DNA of 64,000 nucleotides from Clostridia bacterium (lineage in GTDB: Bacteria; Bacillota; Clostridia; RGIG6154): NCBI GenBank assembly GCA_045589295.1, contig JAZNOU010000002.1, forward strand, positions 96,140 through 160,139, given 5' to 3'. This document shows, one piece after another, positions 42,538 through 51,769 of the stretch; the stretch's first letter is position 1; each line of letters begins with the position of its first letter. The notes under the pieces are model-generated. The model had not been told where the DNA came from, made no database searches, and was given only the letters and a program-made list of their open reading frames with translations. The position numbers were made by a program, and so were the translations under genes.

Positions 42538-42607
42538 TTTAGTCCTCCCTTTATATAGGAATAATATACCCGTTTTTTAGGAAAAATAAAAAAATTTTTA
42601 AAAAAGT

Positions 42608-42635
42608 GGAACTTTTTGTAAAGGTGATAGTCTAA
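42608..42635 (+). promoter_or_regulatory. ECF-sigma-type promoter
   Basis: GGAACT-N16-GTCTAA. Confidence 0.6.
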
Positions 42636-42696
42636 GCACTGTAACCAATAAGGAGTTACCAAAATAATTTATCTTATAAATGGAGGAAAAAAGAAG

Positions 42697-43398
42697 ATGA
42701 ACATTAAAAAAAGAATTTTAGCTTTAGTTGCTGCAGTGACAGTGCTTGCAAGTTTTGCGGCAGTAGCAGAGGAAACAAACGATGTAATGCTTATTTCAGA
42801 AGACGTAGCAGTTGAAGAAACTGTGCCGGTTAACGGTATGACTCTCTGGGGTGTTGAAGTTGAAGTGTTGGATGACATCACAATGATGCCTCTTCGCGAA
42901 GTTGCAGAAGGTTTTGGTTATACAGTAGAGTGGAATGACGAAGATTGGTCAATTGCTCTTTACAAAGGTGCAGTTTACATAACAATGGAAATTGGCGAAG
43001 ATGCTTATGCTTTCTCACGTATGACTCACAGACCGCTTGGTAAAGCACCTACACTCATCGACGACAAAACTTTTGTTCCGATTTCATTTGTAGAAGAAAT
43101 GCTTGGCGGATATGCAGTAGCTGAAGAAGAGGGAACATACAAATTCGTAAGCCCTTCAATCGTTACAGTTAAAGAGTTCACAGAGGAAGGTTCAATCCTT
43201 GTTGAAGACGAAATGCGTGGCGAAGTAATCGTTCACATTGGCGAAGAAACAAAAATCTTTGCAGGCGAAAAAGAAGTAGCTAAAGAAGAAATTAAAGAAG
43301 GTATGCTCTTAGGTGTTGAATACGGTATGGCTATGACAATGAGCATTCCGGCTCAAACAACTGCAGAAAGAATTATAATTTTAAACGTAACAGAATAA
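42697..43398 (+). CDS. Secreted copper amine oxidase N-terminal (stalk) domain protein
   Basis: Signal peptide; MMPLREVAEGFGYTVEW, APTLIDDKTFVPISF; C-terminal AMTMSIPAQT. Confidence 0.8.
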   Translation: MNIKKRILALVAAVTVLASFAAVAEETNDVMLISEDVAVEETVPVNGMTLWGVEVEVLDDITMMPLREVAEGFGYTVEWNDEDWSIALYKGAVYITMEIGEDAYAFSRMTHRPLGKAPTLIDDKTFVPISFVEEMLGGYAVAEEEGTYKFVSPSIVTVKEFTEEGSILVEDEMRGEVIVHIGEETKIFAGEKEVAKEEIKEGMLLGVEYGMAMTMSIPAQTTAERIIILNVTE

Positions 43399-43413
43399 TA
43401 TAGAAATTTTCAT

Positions 43414-43447
43414 AAAAAAAGACGGTGCTAAAAGCATCGTCTTTTTT
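43414..43447. terminator. Bidirectional terminator
   Basis: AAAAAAAGACGGTGCT-aaa-AGCATCGTCTTTTTT. Confidence 0.85.
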
Positions 43448-43448
43448 A

Positions 43449-43592
43449 CTATTTACTTTTACAATGGCCCTTGCAATTTTTAGCATAAGGACAGCCTATA
43501 CATTTAGCTCCCTTTTTCTTTTGAGTTATTATGTAGTAAATTGCGGAGCCTAAAATAAGCATTAAAATAATTAAAACAATAATATTTTTCAT
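43449..43592 (-). CDS. FeoB-associated Cys-rich small membrane protein (47 aa, not in ORF track)
   Basis: Translated by hand: MKNIIVLIILMLILGSAIYYIITQKKKGAKCIGCPYAKNCKGHCKSK; start overlaps feoB stop. Confidence 0.88.
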   Translation of the reverse strand: MKNIIVLIILMLILGSAIYYIITQKKKGAKCIGCPYAKNCKGHCKSK

Positions 43593-45559
43593 ACTCTCTC
43601 CTTGTTTGTTTTAGTTAAATAGATAACAATAAGAACCATAGAAAGAACTGAAATTAAACCAGGTATAAAACCAACCCCCAAAGTGCCTAGTTCGAAAATC
43701 GAACCAATCTGGTACACTAAAAATGCAATTGTATAACCAAATCCAAACTGGAGCATTATTCCGCCCAAAAGCCACTTTGGGCTTTTCATTTCGGCATTCA
43801 TAGCGCCGATTGCTGCAAAGCAAGGGGGAGTAAACAGGTTAAACATAAGGCAAGCAAGAGCAGCGGCTTTTGTAATGCCTAAAATAGTAGCAACTTCGTT
43901 AGCACCGCCTACTAATGCAAGTTCTTCTGTGTCAATAAAATTAGAAATTGCATAAACTGATGCGAGTGTACCAACTACATTTTCTTTTGCAATAAAACCT
44001 GTAATAGCAGCTGCAGCCATTTGCCATACACCAAAGCCCAAAGGGATTAAAAGTACGGCAACAGGTGATGCGATGGTTGCAAGAATAGAAGTGCTTTCCA
44101 TTCCTTCTTCTACCAATTGAAAACTCCAGTTATAGCTTTGCATAATTGTAACAGCTGCATTGCAAATTAAAATAACTGTTCCCGCTTTTACAATGTATGC
44201 CCAACCTCGTGAACACATTGACTTAAATGCAAGTGTTAAGCTTGGAATTTTATATTCGGGAAGTTCAATTATAAAGAATGATTTTTTAGGGTTATGACCT
44301 GTAATTTTATTAACTAAAAGAGCACCAAAGAAAATGAGGAAAATACCTACAAAATACATAATTGTACCAACCCACTCATTTCCGCCGAAAAATACTCCTG
44401 CAAAAAGTGCAATAACAGGAAGTTTGGCTCCGCAGGGCATAAAGGGGGTGAGCATTGCAGTTGCTCGTCGTTCTCTTTCGTTTCTGATTGTGCGTGATGC
44501 CATAATTCCGGGGATTGAGCAACCGGTACCAACAACGAAAGGGATAACGGATTTACCTGAAAGACCTACTTTTTTGAAAATCGGGTCTAAAACAATTGTA
44601 GCACGTGCCATATACCCTAAGTCTTCTAACAGTGCAATGAAAAAGTACATAACCATAACAAGTGGCAAAAAGCCCACTACTGCACTTACACCGCCCACTA
44701 TTCCGTCAACTACGATTGTTTGCAGTATGGGGGCAGTGCCATCCATCCAAACCTTTACAAATTCTCCGAATTTGTCGATTATAGGACAAAGTATACTTTC
44801 GGCAAGCCAAGGACCTAAGGATGCCTGTGATACCCAGAAAACAAACCACATTACAATGCCAAAAACTAAAAGTCCTACAAACGGGTTTGACAAAACCTTG
44901 TCAATCTTGTCCTGAGTGTTGATTACTTGTGACAAAATTTTCTTCGTTTCTACAACCGTTACAATTTCGTTTACAAATTTAAATCTGTTTCTGTCATCTG
45001 CTTCAACTACAGATTTGTCTGTTAAATCAATGTCACCCTGAACGTAAGGGGGAATAACTTTTGTGCCTTTTAATGAAACGGCAGCATCAATTACTGATTT
45101 TAAACCTTTTTTGTTTGTTGAAATGGTTTCTATGACAGGACATCCTAGCTTTTTGGAAAGTACATATATGTCGATTACAGTTTCTTTCTTTTCATTTATG
45201 TCGCTTTTGTTTAATGCCACAACAACAGGAACACCAAGTTCTAAAAGCTGTGTTGTGAAAAACAGGCTTCTGGCCAAATTTGTGGCATCTACTATATTTA
45301 TAATAACATCGGGATTTTCATTTTTTATGTACGTACTTGTAACGCTTTCTTCAGATGTGAAAGGGGACATAGAGTACGCGCCCGGAAGGTCAACTGCAAT
45401 TATTTCTTCCTTTAAAGAATGGTAGTATTTTTTTATTTTATTTTCACGCTTGTCAACAGTAACACCCGCCCAGTTTCCCACACGTTCGCTTTTGCCTGTT
45501 AAAGCATTATACATAGTGGTTTTACCGCTGTTCGGGTTGCCTGCTAATGCAATTCTCAT
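43589..45559 (-). CDS. feoB: Ferrous iron transporter FeoB
   Basis: GNPNSGKTT, VGNWAGVTV, DLPG, NKSD, gate Cys motifs GCSIP/MPCGAK/PPCFA. Confidence 0.96.
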   Translation of the reverse strand: MRIALAGNPNSGKTTMYNALTGKSERVGNWAGVTVDKRENKIKKYYHSLKEEIIAVDLPGAYSMSPFTSEESVTSTYIKNENPDVIINIVDATNLARSLFFTTQLLELGVPVVVALNKSDINEKKETVIDIYVLSKKLGCPVIETISTNKKGLKSVIDAAVSLKGTKVIPPYVQGDIDLTDKSVVEADDRNRFKFVNEIVTVVETKKILSQVINTQDKIDKVLSNPFVGLLVFGIVMWFVFWVSQASLGPWLAESILCPIIDKFGEFVKVWMDGTAPILQTIVVDGIVGGVSAVVGFLPLVMVMYFFIALLEDLGYMARATIVLDPIFKKVGLSGKSVIPFVVGTGCSIPGIMASRTIRNERERRATAMLTPFMPCGAKLPVIALFAGVFFGGNEWVGTIMYFVGIFLIFFGALLVNKITGHNPKKSFFIIELPEYKIPSLTLAFKSMCSRGWAYIVKAGTVILICNAAVTIMQSYNWSFQLVEEGMESTSILATIASPVAVLLIPLGFGVWQMAAAAITGFIAKENVVGTLASVYAISNFIDTEELALVGGANEVATILGITKAAALACLMFNLFTPPCFAAIGAMNAEMKSPKWLLGGIMLQFGFGYTIAFLVYQIGSIFELGTLGVGFIPGLISVLSMVLIVIYLTKTNKERV

Positions 45560-45576
45560 ATTCGTCCTCCTTTGTT

Positions 45577-45594
45577 AGTTAGCATTGGCTAACT
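45577..45594. promoter_or_regulatory. Putative DtxR-family operator upstream of feoB
   Basis: Palindrome AGTTAGC-attg-GCTAACT. Confidence 0.75.
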
Positions 45595-45638
45595 GTACAT
45601 TAAAATATATACGGCTACACTTTCAAAAAGAGTGCCGT

Positions 45639-45851
45639 TTATATTTTAATAGCTTTAGCTAATTGGTTATCTATGTTATATCTTGAGTCTTTTATAGCTA
45701 TAATACATCCACCTATTACACGATTGATAACGGTAACAGTTTCACCGCTGTAACAGCCTAATGTAAAAAGGAACGCATTTAATTCCTCATCATCTGTTTT
45801 AATATCTTTAATTATGTATTGTTTGCCAATCTGAGCTTCGGTTAAATTCAT
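45639..45851 (-). CDS. feoA: FeoA
   Basis: 70 aa, FLFTLGCYSGETV, IAIKDSRYNID; upstream of feoB. Confidence 0.92.
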   Translation of the reverse strand: MNLTEAQIGKQYIIKDIKTDDEELNAFLFTLGCYSGETVTVINRVIGGCIIAIKDSRYNIDNQLAKAIKI

Positions 45852-45875
45852 TTTGAACCTCTTTCTAAATAGATA

Positions 45876-45927
45876 AGTTAGTCTTTGCTAACCAAGGTAT
45901 TTTAACATTAAAAAAACGGCTTGTCAA
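45876..45927 (-). promoter_or_regulatory. feoA promoter and putative DtxR-family operator
   Basis: TTGACA-N17-TAAAAT (45927-45899); GTTAG-N6-CTAAC within 45876-45893. Confidence 0.8.
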
Positions 45928-45953
45928 TACTTTTTGGTAAAAAAATGAAATTT

Positions 45954-45982
45954 TTGACAAATAAATGTTTCTGTGGTAAAAT
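45954..45982 (+). promoter_or_regulatory. SigA promoter of regulator
   Basis: TTGACA-N17-TAAAAT with TG. Confidence 0.8.
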
Positions 45983-46013
45983 ATTTATATATTAAATTTA
46001 TGAGGTAAGAGCA

Positions 46014-46385
46014 ATGATTATTAAAGAATCAGCAGAGAATTATCTGGAAACTATATACGTTTTAAATAAAAAAAATGGATTTGTGAGAAGTATTGATATT
46101 GCAAATGAGCTGGGTTTTTCAAAACCAAGCATTTCAGTTGCGATGAAAGGATTTCGTGAAGACGGATATATCCTTGTGGCACCAGATGGTAAGATAACAT
46201 TAACTGAAAAGGGTATTTTAGTAGCAGAAAGAGTTTACGAGCGACACCAGATAATTGCAAAAGCACTCATTGCTTTGGGAGTCAGCGAACAGACTGCGTT
46301 TGAGGATAGTTGTAAGTTAGAACACGATTTAAGTGATGAAAGCTTTGATAGAATAAAAGAGCATTTTGAAAAATTTAATAAATAA
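46014..46385 (+). CDS. DtxR/MntR family metal-dependent repressor
   Basis: SAENYLETIY, SIDIA...SKPSIS, VYERH, DSCKLEH. Confidence 0.93.
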   Translation: MIIKESAENYLETIYVLNKKNGFVRSIDIANELGFSKPSISVAMKGFREDGYILVAPDGKITLTEKGILVAERVYERHQIIAKALIALGVSEQTAFEDSCKLEHDLSDESFDRIKEHFEKFNK

Positions 46386-46416
46386 AAAAAGCAAGCCTTT
46401 ACGGGCTTGCTTTTTT
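46385..46416. terminator. Bidirectional terminator
   Basis: AAAAAAGCAAGCCT-ttac-GGGCTTGCTTTTTT. Confidence 0.85.
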
Positions 46417-46417
46417 A

Positions 46418-46493
46418 TGGAGCTGGTAATGCGACTTGAACGCACGACCCCTTCATTACGAGTGAAGTGCTCTACCGACTGAGCTATACCAGC
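46418..46493 (-). tRNA. tRNA-Thr(CGT)
   Basis: GCTGGTATAGCTCAGTCGGTAGAGC ACTTCA CT-CGT-AA TGAAG...GTTCAAGT...TACCAGCTCCA; 76 nt, encoded CCA. Confidence 0.97.
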
Positions 46494-46600
46494 ATATAAG
46501 CAAAAAGCTTTAAAGATTAAATAACGGTTTTCACTAAAAGTGAAAACCGCAACACGCAATCGGTAAAGGTTAATCACTTGATTAACCTTTTAAATTTTAA

Positions 46601-46789
46601 TTACATAGCTCTTGTAACTTTTCCCGAACGCAAACATCTTGTGCAAACGTTAACAGTTTTTTTAGTGCCGTTAACAACAGCTTTAACCTTTCTGATGTTG
46701 GGTTTCCAAGCTCTGTTTGTTCTGATGTGTGAGTGAGAAATATTTATACCGAATACAACGCCTTTTCCGCAGATATCGCATTTTGCCAT
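46601..46789 (-). CDS. rpmB: 50S ribosomal protein L28 (Zn-binding form)
   Basis: MAKCDICGK...SHSH...WKPN...VCTRCLRSGKV. Confidence 0.97.
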   Translation of the reverse strand: MAKCDICGKGVVFGINISHSHIRTNRAWKPNIRKVKAVVNGTKKTVNVCTRCLRSGKVTRAM

Positions 46790-46970
46790 GTATGATACAC
46801 CTCCTTGAAAATCCGTACTAAATCAAAGTACAACATATTGTAACACAAAAAAATGTAAAATGCAAGTAATTTTTTATTTTTTGTTAAATTTTTTCTTCAA
46901 AAACCTCAAAGGTTGATTTTAAAGCGGTAATATGATACACTTTAAGGCATTAAATTTGTTGGAGTTTGGT

Positions 46971-49280
46971 ATGAAAAAAAGGTATTTATGTGTCTTTGTA
47001 TGCGCGTTTGCTACGGGTATTTTAGCTTTCGGGTTACCTTTTAAAATATTTTGGGCTGTTTTCTCGCTTATATTTTTAGCGGGAATGTTTTTGTTGATTA
47101 AAAATAAAAAAATATATATTTTTATTTTGTCTTTAATTTTTTTAATTGGTGGAATTTACGGTGATTTTACTCAAAATGCATATAAGAACTCACCTCTTTA
47201 TGAATATACAAAGATTCCGTGCAGCGGCAAGATGTTTGTTAAGGCAATTGAAACAAAACATGAAGACTATGTAACGGTAAATGCGGTTGTTACTGAGGTG
47301 GAGGGTAAAAAGATAAATGAAAAAGTGCTTTTTACCATTTTGGGGATAAATGATGTAAGAGTAAACAGTGTAATACATTTTAATGATATAAATTTTAAAA
47401 TCCCTGACAGAGAAAGGAACAGAGGGGGATTTAATTACAACAAGTATTTAAAATCAAAAGGAATTTATTTCACGGCAAGTGCATCAAAAACTGATTTGAG
47501 AGCCAGTGGAAGTGACGGGTTCATTATTTTAAGAAAATTAAGGACATTTAAGCAAAAACTTGCGTATCGGAGCGAGGAGGTATTTAAAGACAGTTCGGCT
47601 AAAGAAATAATGCCTGCAATACTTGTAGGTAATGACGTTTTAATCTCAAAGCAGGTTGATGGCCTGTTTAAGCAGGCAGGTATAACACACATTCTGGTAG
47701 CATCGGGGATGCACGTTATGGTAGTTATGCTTTTATGTGCTCTGATTTTGTATCCATTGAGAAGGTTCAGGTTTATTTATTATACAGTTTCTTGTTTGTG
47801 TCTTATTACATTTGCAGGCATTGTTGGAATGCATCCGTCAATAGTACGTGCAACAATAGCATACTTTATGTATCTTATTGCAAGAAATACATTAAAGAGT
47901 GCAGATAGCTTAACAATTCTTTTTACAACAGCGCTTGTTATTCTTATTATCAATCCTATGAGCATTTATAACACAAGCTTTCTTTTGTCATTTGGGGCGG
48001 TGTTTGGTATTTTAACATTTACCGAGCACATTAAAAGGCGTATAAAATGGTGCCTGTATGTGCCGTCGGGATTGGTTTCGTTAATAGAATTTTTGCCAAT
48101 AAAAACAGCTGTTGTTGTAAAACGTGTTGTCTTTTCGATATACAATACAGCGGTTAGTGCAATGGCGGTGTCGGCTGCTGCACAAATAGGAATACTGCCT
48201 ATTATGCTGGGTACTTTCAAATCAACAGCTGTACTTTCTATATTTGTAAACATAGTAATATCATTTGCAATACCATTTTTGTATGCTTTTGGTATAGCGG
48301 CGCTTATTTTTAACATACAGCCTTTCGTAGCTTTGACTGAGTTTTTGTGTGATTTGTTTGTAAAGGGGGCACAGATCACTGCAAGCATTCCAGGGAACAA
48401 TGTTAGTGTTGCGTCGTCTTATTTAATAATTGCAGTGACAGTTTTGTTTGTTGTTATATTTCTCTTAAGATGTAAAACCAAATGGACCGAAAAACTGTTT
48501 GAACCCTTAATTTTTGTATGTTTAATTGTTGCGCTGTTGGGCAACGCGTTTTATGGATATATTCCTAAAGATAAGGTGAATGTTACCTTTTTAAATGTTG
48601 AACAGGGTGATTGTGCAATAATAAGACTTCATAATAAAAAGACAGTTATAGTCGATACGGGAACTGAAAAAATGTGCAGTCAGGAAGTAATAGAATTTTT
48701 GACAAGAGAGGGAATAGATAACATTTGTGCTTTGATAATTTCTCACGATGATAGTGATCATTCAGGAGGAATAGAGTTGCTTTGTGATTATATGAATGTT
48801 GAAAAAGTAATCACAAGTGAATTTTGCAAGACCGATACACAAACTACCATAGTGAAAAAAGGAGACACATTTGATATAGAGGGAGCAAAATTTACTGTTT
48901 TAAGTCCAGGGGAACAAATGTATGAAAATGAAAACGAGTCATCTTTAGTTGTAAGAATGGATTTTGGTGAAAGTTCTTTTTTGTTTACAGGTGATATAGG
49001 TCAAGAAACTGAAAAAACTATTGAAAATGTTGACGTTGATGTTTTAAAGGTTTCACATCACGGCTCAAAAAATTCAAGTGCCAAAGAGTTTGTGGATAGA
49101 GTTTCGCCTTTGTATTCGGTTGTTTCAGTCAGCAAGAGTAACAGCTATGGGCATCCGGATAATGGCGTGTTAAAACGACTTAAAGCAAGTGGAAGTGAAG
49201 TTTTGAGGACAGACGAGGATTTTACAATAACATTTGTGGCGGACTTAAACGGCGAATTTAAATTGACAAAAGGGCTTTAA
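46971..49280 (+). CDS. comEC: DNA internalization competence protein ComEC/Rec2
   Basis: RNRGGFNY, GITHILVASGMH, PSIVRA, FLLSF; metallo-beta-lactamase domain VEQGD, SHDDSDH, FTGD, VSHHGS, YGHP. Confidence 0.92.
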   Translation: MKKRYLCVFVCAFATGILAFGLPFKIFWAVFSLIFLAGMFLLIKNKKIYIFILSLIFLIGGIYGDFTQNAYKNSPLYEYTKIPCSGKMFVKAIETKHEDYVTVNAVVTEVEGKKINEKVLFTILGINDVRVNSVIHFNDINFKIPDRERNRGGFNYNKYLKSKGIYFTASASKTDLRASGSDGFIILRKLRTFKQKLAYRSEEVFKDSSAKEIMPAILVGNDVLISKQVDGLFKQAGITHILVASGMHVMVVMLLCALILYPLRRFRFIYYTVSCLCLITFAGIVGMHPSIVRATIAYFMYLIARNTLKSADSLTILFTTALVILIINPMSIYNTSFLLSFGAVFGILTFTEHIKRRIKWCLYVPSGLVSLIEFLPIKTAVVVKRVVFSIYNTAVSAMAVSAAAQIGILPIMLGTFKSTAVLSIFVNIVISFAIPFLYAFGIAALIFNIQPFVALTEFLCDLFVKGAQITASIPGNNVSVASSYLIIAVTVLFVVIFLLRCKTKWTEKLFEPLIFVCLIVALLGNAFYGYIPKDKVNVTFLNVEQGDCAIIRLHNKKTVIVDTGTEKMCSQEVIEFLTREGIDNICALIISHDDSDHSGGIELLCDYMNVEKVITSEFCKTDTQTTIVKKGDTFDIEGAKFTVLSPGEQMYENENESSLVVRMDFGESSFLFTGDIGQETEKTIENVDVDVLKVSHHGSKNSSAKEFVDRVSPLYSVVSVSKSNSYGHPDNGVLKRLKASGSEVLRTDEDFTITFVADLNGEFKLTKGL

Positions 49281-49291
49281 AGCAATATAAT
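49263..49291 (+). promoter_or_regulatory. Consensus SigA promoter overlapping comEC 3' end
   Basis: TTGACA-N17-TATAAT. Confidence 0.85.
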
Positions 49292-49311
49292 TAACATCAG
49301 GAAGTGATTTT

Positions 49312-50229
49312 GTGAATATCTATAAAAATATATTAGAGTTAATAGGAAAAACACCGCTAATGGAACTTTCTAAGTTTAATGAAACAGAGGCGACAATTCT
49401 TGCAAAGCTTGAATATTTTAATCCTGCAGGAAGCGTTAAAGACAGAGTGGCTTTAAAAATGATAGAAGATGCAGAAAAACAGGGGCTTTTAAAAGAAGGC
49501 TCAGTAATAATTGAACCTACAAGCGGAAACACAGGCATAGGGCTTGCTGCTGTTGCGGCATATAAAGGATACAAAGTTATACTTACAATGCCTGAAACAA
49601 TGAGCATTGAACGAAGGAAGCTTCTTTTAGCTTATGGTGCAGAAATTGTTTTGACGGATGGTTCAAAGGGAATGAATGGTGCTATAGAAAAAGCCAGAGA
49701 GCTTGCAGAAACAATTTCGGGAAGTTTTATAACGGGTCAGTTTGTAAATCCCTCAAATCCTGAGGCACACAAACAAACGACAGGTCCTGAAATTTGGGAA
49801 GACACTAACGGAAAGGTTGACATTTTTATTGCAGGAGTAGGAACCGGCGGAACTATCACGGGCGTTGGAGAATATCTTAAGTCCAAAAATCCCGACATAA
49901 AGGTTGTCGCGGTAGAACCTTTTGACTCACCCTACCTGTCAGAAGGAAAGAGTGGGGCACATTCACTTCAGGGGATAGGTGCAGGGTTTGTTCCTGAGAT
50001 TTTAAATACAGATGTGTATGATGAAATTGTGACAGTAAAAACCGATGAAGCATATGAAATGAGTAAAAAACTTGCAAAAACCGAGGGCGTTTTAGTTGGG
50101 ATTACTTCGGGGGCGGCACTTTATGCAGCACAAAAGATAGCAAAAAGAGATGAGAACAAGGGCAAGGTAATAGTTGCACTTTTGCCTGATACGGGTGACA
50201 GGTACCTTTCTACAACAATGTTTGATTAA
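49312..50229 (+). CDS. cysK: Cysteine synthase A
   Basis: NPAGSVKDR, EPTSGNTG, GVGTGGT, QGIGAGFVP, PDTGDRYLS. Confidence 0.95.
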   Translation: MNIYKNILELIGKTPLMELSKFNETEATILAKLEYFNPAGSVKDRVALKMIEDAEKQGLLKEGSVIIEPTSGNTGIGLAAVAAYKGYKVILTMPETMSIERRKLLLAYGAEIVLTDGSKGMNGAIEKARELAETISGSFITGQFVNPSNPEAHKQTTGPEIWEDTNGKVDIFIAGVGTGGTITGVGEYLKSKNPDIKVVAVEPFDSPYLSEGKSGAHSLQGIGAGFVPEILNTDVYDEIVTVKTDEAYEMSKKLAKTEGVLVGITSGAALYAAQKIAKRDENKGKVIVALLPDTGDRYLSTTMFD

Positions 50230-50295
50230 AAATTACATTTCTTGACTTTATACTTGGTGTGTGGTAAAATTAAAGTGATGAAAGGTGGCGATAGC

Positions 50296-50994
50296 TTGAA
50301 CAAGAAAATTCTTGTAGTTGATGATGAACAGGCGATTGTCGACATTTTAAAATTTAACCTTGAAAGAGAAGGTTATGAGGTAATCGAGTGCTATGACGGA
50401 AGTGCGGGTTATGAAGCGGCACTTAAAGAAAATCCCGACCTTATTCTGCTTGATGTTATGCTTCCTGAGATGGACGGGTTTGAGGTGTGCAGAAAATTAA
50501 GAAACGAAATTTCAACACCTATTATTATGATTACAGCCAGAACAGAAGAAATTGATAAGGTTTTAGGTTTGGAACTGGGCGCAGATGACTATATAACAAA
50601 GCCTTTTGGTGTAAGGGAGCTTATGGCACGTGTTAAAGCTAACTTAAGAAGAACAGTTGTTGTTCCCCAAAATGCAAGCGATGAAAATACTTTAACATTT
50701 GGTGAACTTAAAATCGATTTTGAAAGCTATGAAGTAAAAAAAGGTGATAACATCTTGGAACTTACTACAAGAGAATTTGAGCTTTTGAAATTTTTATCTG
50801 CAATTCCCGGCAAAATTGTATCCAGAGAAACGCTTTTGGAAAAGGTGTGGGGATATGAATATTACGGCGACGGAAGAACGGTAGATGTTACTGTAAGACG
50901 TCTTCGCGAAAAGCTTGAGGAAAATCCGGCAGAGCCTCAGTACATAGTTACAAAGCGTGGAGTTGGCTATTATTTTAACAAGCAACCAAAATAA
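50296..50994 (+). CDS. OmpR-family response regulator, WalR/YycF-like
   Basis: ILVVDDE, LLDVMLP, DKVLGLELGADDYITKPF, RTVDVTVRRLREK; TTG start at 50296. Confidence 0.9.
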   Translation: MNKKILVVDDEQAIVDILKFNLEREGYEVIECYDGSAGYEAALKENPDLILLDVMLPEMDGFEVCRKLRNEISTPIIMITARTEEIDKVLGLELGADDYITKPFGVRELMARVKANLRRTVVVPQNASDENTLTFGELKIDFESYEVKKGDNILELTTREFELLKFLSAIPGKIVSRETLLEKVWGYEYYGDGRTVDVTVRRLREKLEENPAEPQYIVTKRGVGYYFNKQPK

Positions 50995-51017
50995 AAATTA
51001 ATTTTTTGAATAAAAGC

Positions 51018-51046
51018 TTGACATTTCACATAATATATGATATACT
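51018..51046 (+). promoter_or_regulatory. SigA promoter of tRNA
   Basis: TTGACA-N17-TATACT. Confidence 0.85.
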
Positions 51047-51076
51047 TACAAAGCTGTGAAAAGCAAGCTTATATAT

Positions 51077-51153
<77 letters not shown>

Positions 51154-51154
51154 T

Positions 51155-51186
51155 AAAAAGCGACTTGTTTCGACAAGTCGTTTTTT
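51155..51186 (+). terminator. tRNA terminator
   Basis: CGACTTGT-ttcg-ACAAGTCG-TTTTTT. Confidence 0.88.
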
Positions 51187-51205
51187 CAATGAAATACAAA
51201 GGGGA

Positions 51206-51742
51206 GTGGACAACATTATTATATTAGCGCAGATTGTAGGCATTGTTGCTGTAGCAACATTTATTTTAAGCTACCAGCTTAAAAAAAGAAAAAGTATTAT
51301 TTTGGTTAATGGAATATCAAGCGTTTTGTATGTTTTACAGTATGCAATGCTCGGAGCCTTTGAGGGTGCTACACTTGATATACTTTCAACCATTTCAACA
51401 TTTGCTGCACACAATAAAGATAAAGGTTTTATCTCAAAACATACTAAACTGGTTATTGTACTTATCAACTTGTTAATGCTTATCTCAGGACTTGCTTTAT
51501 ACAAAAACATATACAGCCTTTGCCCTGTATTTGGAGCAATACTTCAGACAAGTGCCTTTTGGATATCTGATGAAAGAAAAATAAGAATTGTTTCTTTCCT
51601 TGGAGCACCGTTTTGGCTTGTATATAATTTGGTTAGCATGGCATACGGCTCTGCTATAGGAAGTATGTTAAGCATTATTTCCATAGGGACCGCAATTTTA
51701 AGATATGATATTTTACCAAACAGAAATAAAAAAGGAATGTAA
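51206..51742 (+). CDS. YgjV-family inner membrane protein
   Basis: AQIVG...SYQLK, QYAMLGAF, FWLVYNL...AYG. Confidence 0.75.
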   Translation: MDNIIILAQIVGIVAVATFILSYQLKKRKSIILVNGISSVLYVLQYAMLGAFEGATLDILSTISTFAAHNKDKGFISKHTKLVIVLINLLMLISGLALYKNIYSLCPVFGAILQTSAFWISDERKIRIVSFLGAPFWLVYNLVSMAYGSAIGSMLSIISIGTAILRYDILPNRNKKGM

Positions 51743-51767
51743 AATTATTTACATTCCTTTTTTATTT
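51724..51767. terminator. Bidirectional terminator
   Basis: AAATAAAAAAGGAATGTAAA...TTTACATTCCTTTTTTATTT. Confidence 0.85.
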
Positions 51768-51769
51768 GT

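Noticed and set aside
44334-44915. 193-aa plus-strand ORF and the many other antisense/shadow ORFs in the track
   Set aside because: Antisense to or nested in well-supported genes; no RBS or recognisable motifs.
46329-46577. 82-aa minus-strand ORF
   Set aside because: Spans the tRNA-Thr gene and a terminator; spurious.
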